NCBI GenBank assembly: GCA_002189035.1
Contig: NEEC01000018.1
Location: 310,001 to 374,000, forward strand
Length of the DNA: 64,000 bases
Direction: 5' to 3'
From: Utricularia gibba
Taxonomy: Eukaryota > Plantae > Magnoliophyta
The position numbers and the translations under genes were made by a program. A model generated the notes under the pieces. That model did not search any database. It saw nothing but the letters and a program-made list of their open reading frames with translations, and was not told the origin of the DNA. This document shows, piece by piece, positions 40,801-52,568 of the stretch (position 1 is the stretch's first letter; each line of letters starts with the position of its first letter).

Positions 40801-41410
40801 GTTAGGTACTATCAGAGTTATGGATTGTCTATCTGTTTTCATACTTGAGGACAAGCATGATTTAAGTGTGAGGGAATATGTTAAGTGTCATTTTCTTATT
40901 ATTTATTAGGTTGTTTTTATGTTTAAATGTGATTAGAAGTGTCTAATTAGGAGTCTATAATGTGAGATTTGGGTTTTTATTTAGTTTAGGGTAATTATCC
41001 TAAATCTTGTATTTTATCTATTAATTTTACTAGTTTTATTTGAGTTTTTCTAGAGCCGCACACGTGGCAGGAAGTGAGAGAAAGAGGCCATCATATGGCG
41101 ACAAATTGGATCTTCCCGAGCTGACATTCCCTTGATTTCCGGAAGACTGCAGACGCCTAATCATGAGCCTTAGCGTGCGGAATACGGGAGTCTCTGACAG
41201 GCGACATCATTAGCGTACCAGTGTCAGACGTTGCTTGCAAGTCATCCCAAGTTCAACAGAATCACAAGAACACGAAATCTCATACCCTCATTAAAGTGGG
41301 AGTTCTGTTCAGACGAAAAGCGGTAGTTAATTTAGTTTTCCCTTTCGTTTTCTCTCTCTAGAGGAATTTTCCTCTAGCTTCACTCTAGAACATTATTTCA
41401 TTTTCTTTAG
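37880..41410 (+). mobile_element. 3'-part of an Athila-like element: integrase C-terminus, env-like/extra ORF region, PPT and truncated 3' LTR
   Basis: [21 protein letters not shown]...[13 protein letters not shown], followed by the post-pol motif GCGCTGCACGGGAGGCAACCC. ORFs 38455-39111, 39121-39309 and 39349-39804 (VFEFYATF). PPT-like AAGTGTGAGGGAA (40864-40876) precedes the LTR start TGTTAAGTGTCATTTTC at 40879. Confidence 0.85.
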
Positions 41411-42332
41411 TTTTTTAAAATTATTGATGGATTATGAGTTAAGTGTCAACTATCATCAGAGCAAGGCGAATGTTGTGGCGAACAGCTTGAGCCGAAGTGT
41501 GGGAGGAAAAGAGATCATAACAAAAATTGAGCAGATGGACTTGAGGTAGTAAAGGGCAGGCAGCTACTTACGAATTTTCAAGCGGAACCACACCTACTCA
41601 CAAGGATCTTGAATGTGCAAGAGGCCACAGCCGATGGCCACTTCCATTTATGAGCAGATGGGACTTGAGAACCCTTTATGAGACGATTGGATGCCCTGAT
41701 CACCGCACATGGTAGGGTGTGGCTACGAGAAGGAGAGTTGCAAGAAGTGACATTATGGGAGGCCCATGAGGTGGAATAAGGATTGCACCCTAGAGAAACG
41801 AAAATGTATCGAGATGTCTATAGCGCATATTGATGACCAAGAATGAAAAGAGAGATCGTGAAAGTTGTTAGCTGATGCAAGGTCTATCAACGGATTAAAG
41901 CAAAACATCAAAGACTAGGTAGATTGTTACAACCATTGGAGATACTAGAATTGAAGTGGGAACATATAGCGATGAATTTTGTAACAGGCATGCCAAAGAC
42001 AAGTTATGGGCATGATGCAGTATGGGTCATAGTAGACAGGTTGACAAAGAGTGCTCATTTTATTCCAATCCATTCGAGGTGGAGCATTTCTAAACTGGCA
42101 TGTATGTACGCCACCAAGGTTGTGAGATTGCACGGTGTGCTAATGAGTATCGTCTCGGACAAGGATGTAAGGTTCACTTCATGACTATGGCAGGCCTTAC
42201 AAGGGGCCATGGAGAGCAAATTGACCATGAGTACTGCTATACACTCTCTGATGGATGATCAATCGAAGTAAACAATCCAAATGTTGGAGGATTTACTACA
42301 GGCAAGTGCTTTAGAATTTCCCAAGGATTGGG
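41405..42332 (+). mobile_element. Tekay-like pol fragment (RNase H end and integrase)
   Basis: DYELSVNYHQSKANVVANSLSR, then LQPLEILELKWEHIAMNFVTGMPKTSYGHDAVWVIVDRLTKSAHFIP ... SIVSDKDVRFTS, with several stops. Confidence 0.88.
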
Positions 42333-42333
42333 A

Positions 42334-45300
42334 AATTCCCCACCACGATCTGATCGAAGTTTTTTGATGGAACGCTCAAGCTGGTTCTCGACCTCCATCC
42401 GAAACTCTTTGAACTCTTCAAAGGCTTCAGTTTTTCGTTTCATCTAGTAGATGCATCCATATCTTGAATGGTCATCTATAAAAGTGATGAAATACGAGAA
42501 ACCCCCTCTAGCAGTGATGCTCATTGGAACACATACATCAGAATGTATTAAATCCAATAAGTTTTCAGCTCTTGCTCCTTTTCCTAGAAAAGGTTGCTTT
42601 GTCATTTTGCCCAATAAACAAGATTCGCATGTTTCATAAGATTCAAAATCTTCTGAGTCCAAATATCTCAATGGATATAAGTACTCAACACACTTCTTGT
42701 TTATATGGCCTAAACGACAATGCCAAAGGTAAGAATTCAAGACATTGTCAATCCTTGGCCTTTTTATGCACATGTTAATCTGTTCCGAATCATGTTGATC
42801 CAAAACATATATATTCCATTTACTATCGTAGCAGTACCATAATGCACATTCCCTCGTCGTATGGAACAACAATTGTTCTTCATAGAAAACTCGAAACCAA
42901 TCTTGTCCAAACAAGAAATAGAGACGATGTTCTAGACAATGAAGGAACACAATAAACAGAATCTAATTCAAGAGATAATCCAGAAGGTAAGGCGATGTGG
43001 CAAGTCCCAACTGCCATGGCAGCAACTCGTGCACCATTCCCAACTCTTAGGTCAACATCGCCTTTCTTCAAGATTCTACTACTCATTAGGTCCTGCATGT
43101 TAGTGCAAATGTGAGCACCACAACCAGAATCTAACACCTAAGAACCATTTTTGATAGTAGTGTTAATCTCAATCATGTGTATACCTGAAGCTGAATTCTC
43201 ATTCTGCTTCTTGCCCTTGATTGACTCTAGATAGGCTTTGCAGTTTCTCTTCCAATGACCAGATTTCCCACAATGAAAGCATTCACCCTTAGCCGGTTTT
43301 TCAACAGGCTTCTTCTTCTTGATCTCACTTTTAGTTTTGAGTTTCTTGTCTTGACTCTTCTTCTTGGAAACGTTTTTCCTTGAAGAGACAAGCATGACAT
43401 TCTTTTGTTCCTTTATAATAGTTTTCTCAACAGACTTGAGTAACTGAATCAATTCAGGAACAGTTTGATCCATCTTGTTCATCTGATAGTTCATCACAAA
43501 CTGTGAGTAGCTATCAGGTAGTGAGGTAAGGATTAAGTTAATACTCAAGTCCTTATCCAACACAAAACCAAGAGTGGACAACTTCTCAATGTAACTCAAC
43601 ATCAATGTCGCATGATCAGCAGCAGAACTTCCTTCTGCCAAGCGACAATTGAACAACAACTTTAATGTCTTGAACCTTTCAAGTTGTGAGTGCTCACCAA
43701 ATAGATCCTTGAGGTGTGTTATCATCTGTTGGTAATTCATCGCCTCATGCTGTTTTTGGAGATCAGGGGCCATCGAAGCAAGCATGATATAGGAGACAAG
43801 CTCAGCATCATCTAGATACTTCTGATATGCACGCCAAACATCTTCAGCTGCATTAGCCCTGGGTTGTGCAGGAACATCTTGCTCAAGGATGTAGGCAATC
43901 TTCTCCGCCTTGAGAACAATTCTCAAATTGCGGTGCCAATCAGTAAAATTCGAGCCAACCAACTTGTTGGACTCTAGAATGGATCTCAAATTCACACTGG
44001 AAGACATATCTTCAACCTGAAGAAGAGAAAGCAAACACATCATGTAGTGTTCCTTAAATCACATCTAACTGGTCTTTACTAAATGTGATATACTCCCACT
44101 ATGTTTTTCGAGATGGCAGCCCCTTACTGACAAAACGAGAAAATCAGATTTTCTTAGTGGGATAGTGTCTCATTTCATTCATCTCCACCTTGACTGTAGC
44201 CAACAAGCTTTAATGAATGAAACAGGTAGTCATCTCATGCCAATTGTATCTCTCATACAACCACTGCATCATTGAGTCATCAACTCTTGATGTAAAAACT
44301 ATTTACCTCAACCTTTCCTCCAATTTTACCAACCTTGACTTTAGTCAACAAGTTGATAAAATCAGTTAAGCCAACCCACCGTGAATCTAATTCCATAATT
44401 CGAACATGTCATGTGTAGTGGAGAGCTTGACGGTAGCCAACAACTCTATGCACTAAAAATGACTCTCGTTCTCCTTATGTCAGTGGAATGAATAAGCTTA
44501 ATTATTTGATAGGGGATTTTTCCATAGGCAACACTTGCACTATGGATATCGATATCCTATCAGATAGGAATCCTGACAACTCTTGCCCTTTTGTTCATAA
44601 CGCATCATTTCCCTGGATTTTCATACATAAAGCTCGAAAATCCTAATTGACCCTAGATGCCTTGGTCACAAATAAATTATCAAACATCATATGCATCGAT
44701 AATTCACCAATATGATCAACATGATCAAAATTCGTGCAAAGGCCATCATGCCCTACGACTACACACATATAAAGCATCATCATGCTGCGCATATACACGT
44801 AAGATATGATTCTCGAAAGCATCAATCATGAATCAAATTTCGTGCATCCTAAGGCAGCAAAACAATCCAAAATAATCAGATTTCGTGCATCACATGCTAT
44901 TATGATGATCGCCAGCAAGGCTACATACGAGAACATCTCGCAATCACATGCTATCACAATAATCGCCAGCAAGGCAACATACGAGAACATCTCACAGATC
45001 AGCAAAGATTTTAACTTTTTACTGGCAAGCAACATACGAGAACATCTCACAAAATCAGAAAAGATTCTAACGTCACCAGCAAGGCAACATACGAGAACAT
45101 CTCGCAAAATCAACAAAGATTCTAACGTATACACATATTCCGCAACCTCGCTCTGATACCACTATTGGGTTTCTCGTAGACATCGTATGTCTCAAAAGCA
45201 GCGGAATTTTAAAAATTTTGAGAAACCCCCAACGCAGATCTTGGAATACGGTATACATCAGATTAAGGGATGCTGAAATACCTTTCAGATGACTCCATTG

Positions 45301-46675
45301 TTCACCAACCGCCAATAGGAGACGGCCTCTATGGTATCCACACGTGGAGCACTCCGTCGATAACCTTCTCAAGGCTCTTGAATGCTGGTCGAATTCCTCA
45401 GGTGCTAGTAAAGAAAAACGTCCTCTTGTGGATCAGTCTAAGAGAGCACGAAGACCTTAAAGCAGTTCTCAAGATCTAAATCTTTTTTACAGATATATGG
45501 TAACATATCAAATCATATCTCCGTAAAGATCTTATCTTGTGGAAATATGTATATGTTCCAAATCTTATCTATATATGATCTTTTATTTTGAGTTTAATCA
45601 ATATTAATCTCAAAATAACTCTCAATTTAATTTATCCACTTTACCAATTACATCTCATGTAATTGTGTCATTCTATTTTATATCGTTGAGTGACTCCATT
45701 ATTGTGTGTGACCCTATAGGTTTCTTCAATCAAGCCCGTAATAATGGATTTATTAATTAACTCTTAATTAATCAAATCCATCATTATCGATCATGAGTGA
45801 TGTCTAGCAACATATCATGATCCCCAAGATGTAAGAATAATCAGGTGAACTGATTGAGCCTTTCCATGACCAGCCACCATGCAATGAACAGCTTTCATCA
45901 TACTTATATCTCATTCGATACTAGAACATGGGTGTGTGTCTTTCTAATGTATCGAATTTATAATTGCATTCAAGCACTAACACTCAATGATCTACTCAAA
46001 CAATTCGAGTGTCATTACCCTGGGCCCAGGACTTACTGTTAGGCTTTGATGCAATTACTTGAGATATGATCTCATCACTAACATGAGTGATGAATCCTTT
46101 ATTGATCAATCAACTATCTCCAACCTTAAGGAGTCACATCCCTACTCATCCATACTAGGCAAGCCATGGTTAGGCTCCCATTAGTAATGAGCGAAAATGT
46201 GAGCGAAAATGTGAACTTAAGATCAAGATAACTTTGTTGACCTCAAGTCTAAACTTAATTGCACGGCTGTCATATTCAAGATCTTGCTACTGACACTTGG
46301 TTAGCTTCCCATAATAGCATCTCGAAGATGAGTCATCCAGTGAATCGATTCTCTAATCGACACCCTCACATAGGTTCTAGTAATCTCATTACATCAATTG
46401 TGAGAACCATTGCCTAAACAATTTAAGGAACTCAATGTGTGCCAGCTTATCCGTATTTGTGATATCCTCATTTCACAAATACTCTAGCTAGGGAGTTTTT
46501 AACTTGATCATAAGTGCTTGAAGAATCTCACATTATGATCTCATCATAATTTCTATAGCACATAGATCAAGTAGAGGATTTTATCAATGATATAAATTTG
46601 ATCACAATTCAAAGTAAATATCATAAGATAAGATTTGCCAATGAGTTGATTGTCTCTAGAACACATACACTAACA
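42334..46675 (-). mobile_element. 5'-half of a Ty1/copia (Angela-like) element: 5' LTR 45163-46675, PBS, gag, protease, start of integrase
   Basis: PBS TGGTATCAGAGC (plus 45150-45161). gag ORF 43138-44043 (NKLVGSNFTDWHRNLRIVLK; CFHCGKSGHWKRNC). Protease LDSGCGAH. Integrase LWHCRLGHIN...CESCLLGK...LIHSDVC...LRSDRGGEF, then truncated. Confidence 0.93.
44888..45128. repeat. ~54-bp tandem repeat (4 units) in the copia leader next to the PBS
   Basis: Core CCAGCAAGGCAACATACGAGAACATCTC recurs at ~44912, 44966, ~45024 and 45076. Confidence 0.88.
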
Positions 46676-48008
46676 CAAGGCTCGTCTAGTTGCCAAAGGA
46701 TTCGATCAAGTAGATGGGATAGACTACACTGAGACCTTCTCACCAATGGTCCGGCCTAGCACAATCCGACACATTCTGTCCATAGCCCTCATTCACAATT
46801 GGGAGGTCAAACAGCTGGACGTGAAAAATGCATTCCTCCATGGTCAAATAACAGAGAACATATATATGGAACAACCCCCAGATATGAAGGATAAACAACT
46901 CCCTTATCATGTTTGCAAATTGAACAGGGCATTGTACGGACTCAAGCAAGCTCCCCAAGCTTGGTATGATCGCTTCAACTCGTTTTTGTTAAGCATAGGT
47001 TTTTTCTATAGTTTGGTAGACCCTTCACTCTTTATTTCTCACGTTGGAAGTGAAATACTAATTTTGCTTCTATATGTTGATGATATAATTGTTACAGGGA
47101 CAAATTCACAGAACGTACAATGCTTGGTTTCAAAACTATTCCAAGAGTTTGCAATTTTTTTTAGGCGTTCAAGTTCACATGACTACTGATGGGATACATC
47201 TTTTGCAAACTCACTATGCTCTCTCTATTTTGGGCAGATTTGGGCTAAAAGACTACAAACCAGCATTGACCCCTCAGCCCTCGAAGGTGAACCCAAGGCA
47301 GGAATTAGCACCACTTTCTAATCCTACACCTTTCAGAGGTCTTGTTGGTGCCCTCCAATACCTCACCTTCACCCGACCAGACATCACCTTCATTGTGAAT
47401 TATGCTTCACAATTCATGCACTCTCCGATAGTATATCATCAAACATTGGCTACATGGATCTTGAAGTACATCAAAGGCACCTTGAACTATGGAATTCTTC
47501 TCAAACGCATAGCCCCATTACGGCTTGAAGCATATTTAGATGCTGACTGGGCAAGCTGCCCCTACACCTGCCGGTCAATAACTGGCTACTATGTTCTCAT
47601 GGGTGGCAATCCCATTGCTTGGAGCTCCAAGAAACAACATACTATTTCGTGTTCTAGCACTGAAGCTGAATATAGAGCGATGGCAAATACAGTGGCAGAA
47701 TTAACGTGGCTACAACATCTATTGAGTGATCTACGTATTTCACTCAGTTCACCTCTTGTTTTGCACTGTGACAACCTAAGTGCGCTATTCCTCACTGTGA
47801 ACCCAGTTCTTCACGCTAGAAGCAAGCATGTTGAACTTGACTATCACTTTGTGCGAGAGAGGGTTGCCATGGGGTCTTTAGTTACTCATCATATCCCAAC
47901 ACAACACCAAGTAGCTGATCTTTTCACTAAGAGAATGCCCAGTGAACGGCTGCTCTATCTCAGAACCAAACTTAGCTTACAACCTCAGCTAAGTTTGAGG
48001 GGGGGGGG
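46676..48008 (+). mobile_element. Ty1/copia (Ale/Retrofit-like) RT-RNase H fragment with PPT; 3' LTR starts at 48009 (end not defined)
   Basis: [71 protein letters not shown] and QVADLFTK. Frameshift near 47150-47170. A G-rich PPT at 47997-48008 is followed by TG. Confidence 0.92.
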
Positions 48009-48813
48009 TGTTAACGAATCAACTCAATGGAGAAATAAAGATGCTATAAGAAATAAGGAAGTGGAGTGATAAGGTTACTGAGGATTCGAAGGTTGGTTAT
48101 CAAAGTAACTAAATGCCCTCAGCTCCCTCCTCAAATCAAGGATTCCAAGTTCTGGGTTTGTTTCTAGCGCATACGTGGTTCCAAGAAGTGGTTAATGATA
48201 GAAATTGCATTAGGAGTATTTTTAGGATCTGCAACAACCCAACTTTGGATTCTATTTAAACCTATTATACCGCAATACATTTTGCATGGTGGAATAATAC
48301 ATTTTTCCTTCTTTATTTGTTTTCCTTCAGCGCCATCGTCTTGGGGTGCCAACTCAACGTTTGAAATCATAGAATGCTGCAGAATCGTTCTACTACATCT
48401 CTCGCAATGGGTATTGACTCAATCATGCACGCGAAGCCTTGTATGATGTGGGCGTCGGTCTACTAGGATGCGATATGGTGCATGAAATTCAACATTTTTC
48501 TTTTGTTTTTTGCAAGATTGATTGAAAGTGACTCCAAGTGATGCTCACAACACGAATTGTGAATCAGAATGTGCACAACAGGAGAGCTATAAATGTGTTT
48601 GAAAATAATAAAACAGTTTGTCTGCTTTATAAAAATCAAACTGTCATTGCCGATCCACTCTGATCCCTTCCAACCAATATCTTCCTCTCGTGCTGCATCT
48701 ACTTGCGCCACCATCGATCAAAGTATTTACTAACTCCAGCATTCAAATTTACCTTCTTTCACTAGAAAGCGCTTGTTGCGTCCACAGAATGTCTTTTAAC
48801 TTGGAAATCACGT

Positions 48814-48857
48814 GGGTGGGGGTAGGGTAGGGGTAGGGGTGGGGGTAAGGGTAGGGG
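48814..48857 (+). other. G-rich tract with eight runs of 3-5 G (predicted G-quadruplex), preceded by CACGTG at 48809-48814
   Basis: GGGTGGGGGTAGGGTAGGGGTAGGGGTGGGGGTAAGGGTAGGGG read directly. Confidence 0.75.
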
Positions 48858-49019
48858 CCTTTGAGTGCCCGCTCCCAGTTTCTTTCCTAAGCATTGAAAT
48901 TTGACTACATGCATTTTCATTTCTAAAATTTATTTCTGAAATTGTGGAAGGAACATCATCATCCAGAAGGCTTCGGGCACCCAATTCGGTCGGGGATGTT
49001 GTCTGGTCTCATGGGATGC

Positions 49020-49044
49020 CCCATCCCATCCCATCCCATCCCAT
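49020..49044. repeat. (CCCAT)5 microsatellite
   Basis: Read directly. Confidence 0.9.
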
Positions 49045-52000
49045 GAAACACACTGTTTGCATTTCTCCTCCACAAAAAACTCGAGGGCACTCCACAATTC
49101 AAATCTACAACATAGAATATTGGGATAGCCCTCTCTCTGCCCACCCACCCACTTGTACTAAAAAGGTATTGGAGCTAATCTAAAACACCTTGAGGACTCG
49201 CTGCACTACAGAAAGCACCCGCCAGGCTGCTTTTGCCTCCTGCTTTCCACCGTAGATTTACACTAACGTCCCTGTGCGAGGTGACGGGTCGAATGGGATT
49301 GCATCTCACCTCATGCTCCTTTGGCTCCATCATCACATTTCTCTCCTACTTTGAAAATAGGTTAAAAGGTTGAAATCACAACGAATTCCTCCTACAAATA
49401 TTTGCTTTTTACAAGCGTGCGGCTGGCGCAATAATAAATAGTGAGGCATCCCACCCACAAAAAGACACTCTTTGAATTGAATTCTAATCCTTAAATCGGT
49501 GACGTTGTTCGGGTAAAGCGAGCAAGTGAAAAGGAGCACAATATTCTGAATAAAACATTCTACTTTTTTCGATGTTCAAATTGTACAACAAAGATGACAA
49601 ACACTTGTGCGTTGGAGAGGGAAACGCTTTCCGTGTTCGCTTCTTTTTTGTGAACCAAAAAGTGATTTTTTTTTTTAAAAAAAATATGTGAACCAACACC
49701 CTCACCTCTTATATGAACAAATATTTGGATAATCCGTAATTATACACAATTAGATATTGAAACTATGCGTTAATGATTGATGCGCGTAATTAGTCAAGGA
49801 GGGTAGGTGATGAAGTGATGAATATGTAAGGCTGCTTAAAGTCGTGAATATGAATATCATACGTGTCACCATCCCAACACACACAAGGCTCGTCAGCATT
49901 TTCGTTCTCTCTGGTGAGTATTGGAAATGTAGACACAAAGTGGGTAGAGATGCGGTCAGGGGGCTCAACAACAGAGCCCCCCGTGGCCGCCTCCCAACTA
50001 GATGTCGTTAATCATACTTTAATGACCTGCCCACCTCGTTTAGTAGCCTGTGTCCCCCTAATCACCCTTGTTAAACGCCGCGCCTCCTCCTCCTCCTCCT
50101 AATACGTAGCTAACACATTCCGTACAAGAGCAATCCATCCGTAGATGCGACTTGGTCGTGATAAGCGTACGGAGTTGGTTTCATCCGGAGGAGGCGCAGC
50201 CGAGGGAACGCGCACCGCACCCATTCTTTGACTTCTTGATGCATGAGCCAACTAGGCTTCCTGAATTATTCAAACTGACTGTGGAAATAGATTTATTTTT
50301 ATGTATACTGTACGTCCATACGTTTGAAAAATCAACTATTTTAAAAATTATTCCTACTTTCCACACATCTATACATAATTCTACTAAAACCTTGAAATGA
50401 TTTTTTAGAATTATATATATATTAACCAATGCTTTTTTAAATGACATATTGAAATTCTTAATAATATTTTTCTGATAGTCTATTGAAATATTATCATTCT
50501 TAAATTACAATTTCAATACATATTTAATAATATAATGCAATATTATAAAATATGATATATATATATATATATATAATTTATATAATATAAAATGATTTTA
50601 AAATGCGATTTTTAATTTAAAATATATAAAATATGATTATTATTAATAAATATGATCAAATGCTTTATTTATTTATAAAATCAATTATCATTATTTTTAT
50701 ATTTCAAATAAGAATTGATTTTACAATAATTATTTTGAAAAAATACTACCAAATCTATATCAATTCTCATTATATTATAATTTTTTTTATTTCAATAGAA
50801 TCAACTCATGATATCATATATGATACATTTTGTACTCTTTAAGTGAGAGTTGGTGTAGTTGCACCCAGGTGGCAAAGAAAAAAAGGTCATTCCCGCAACT
50901 TGTGTGTTATTACAATGATGAATATTCGTCGTGAGGTATCTTCATAAAACAATAGAAATATGAATACAACCTTCCTTTAATTAAATATTGCAGTGTCCGT
51001 ATCAAAGTGTGATGAGTGCTGAGCTCTCATTCCACCCCTATATATAGTGAGTATTTACAACTACTTCAGCGTAAATAAGCGAAGAGATATGATTTTTTTT
51101 AAACAAGCCCACTATGATATATAATATGTATTTATCTAAATAAAAATCATTTAAATAAATTGATGTACCATTCTTATTCTTAAGCATCATTTATTGCTAA
51201 TTGTCATCATCTTATGGTCAAAACCCAAACATGTAATAACTTCAATATGCATGAAATCCTTGCTTTTATAATTAGAATTGAATATTTGGTATGTTTTTTG
51301 GAGTTTTAGGCAACGTTTAAAAAATTAATTCACTTCCATAAAATCAATTTTTATTTCATTTGAATCAGAAGAGAATAATTTCTCTATTAGGAGTAATTTT
51401 TTATAATTGATTTTGAAATTTGAATTGTAATTATACACTATTTATCTTAACTATAGATTTATATAATATTTTATGATATAAATAATTTATAAAGTATGAG
51501 TTTTTTAATTTATACATTTTTTAAATATGATTATTAATAAATATGAGTAAATGTTTCTTGTTTTTTTTAAAAAAAATTGAAATATGAATCAATTCTATAA
51601 TAAATATTTTCAGAAAAATACTTAAAAAATATATTGATTATTATTTTATTATGATTTTCAATTCTATATTCTTTTTCGAAAAACCTACCTTCTTCAGCTC
51701 TCATTATTACTATTTTTTTTTATTATCGAGAATTTATTCCATGTCTTTCCGACAAACTTTTCGTCCTAATGTGGTCCCGCGGAGGCAATGGTTTCTCATT
51801 TTTATGCTTTTTTTTCCCTCTATTGAGAATGATTTATCAATGATGGTACACGGTAAATACTAGTCCGGCACGCACGAGATTCTTCATTTATAGAACAGAC
51901 TTTTCCCACGCCCATCACTTTCTTGGACGAAGAAGGAAGCTTCCTAACACAATCATTAATCTGGAAATTGTTTTTGATATCGAATTTTAAAATCAAAATT

Positions 52001-52245
52001 GATTTTAAAAATATAGAGAAAACACATGACCAGGTTTGCAGTGCATGCGTTCCCGTTGTACTGTAGGAAGCTGGCTTCCTACGAACAGAACACTATAACA
52101 AAAACCATGAAGACAAGAGCGAAACATTAAATGAAGCTAGGGCAGGCTTTTTCTTGTTCTTGTGAGAAGGCCAGGGCGTGGATCGTACCACCGAGTACGG
52201 TATTCCGGCAGTAAAAGGGGTTGGGAAGCTCCATTTTGCACTCAC

Positions 52246-52360
52246 TCGCGCGTGGCGCGTGGAGTAATAGATTTTTTTTAGAGAAGTAAACGTACCATTT
52301 TCCGCCTTTTTTTGTGACGGACAACAATTCATGAGGCCCGAGGGTGTATAAATACGCGCA
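52246..52360 (+). promoter_or_regulatory. Putative core promoter of the H+-ATPase gene (CGCG boxes and TATA)
   Basis: CGCGCGTGGCGCGTGG at ~52247-52262 and TATAAATA at ~52347-52354, about 220 nt upstream of the ATG. Motif match only. Confidence 0.5.
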
Positions 52361-52568
52361 GTGAGGGTGGTGGAGGTTGAGTGCAGCTTTCTCACGCATC
52401 TTCAATTAATTTCCGCACCTTTCTTCCGCGTTCTGCGGAATCTCATACTTTCCGGCGAGTTTTAAGGTTTCCGTCCAATCACGAATCTCTGCCGAACTTC
52501 ATATCTGCATCGCTCTCTGTCTAGTCTAAGACTTGTGTCGTTTGGTTTTACTTTGTTGTTAGGTAGAA

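Noticed and set aside
44888-45128. Repeat array considered as CRISPR-like
   Set aside because: Eukaryotic context, no unique spacers and no cas genes. It is a tandem repeat within a copia leader.
50400-51650. Very AT-rich region with partly duplicated motifs (~50620-50670 vs ~51520-51570), possible MITEs
   Set aside because: No TIR/TSD pair could be established, and low complexity makes chance similarity likely.
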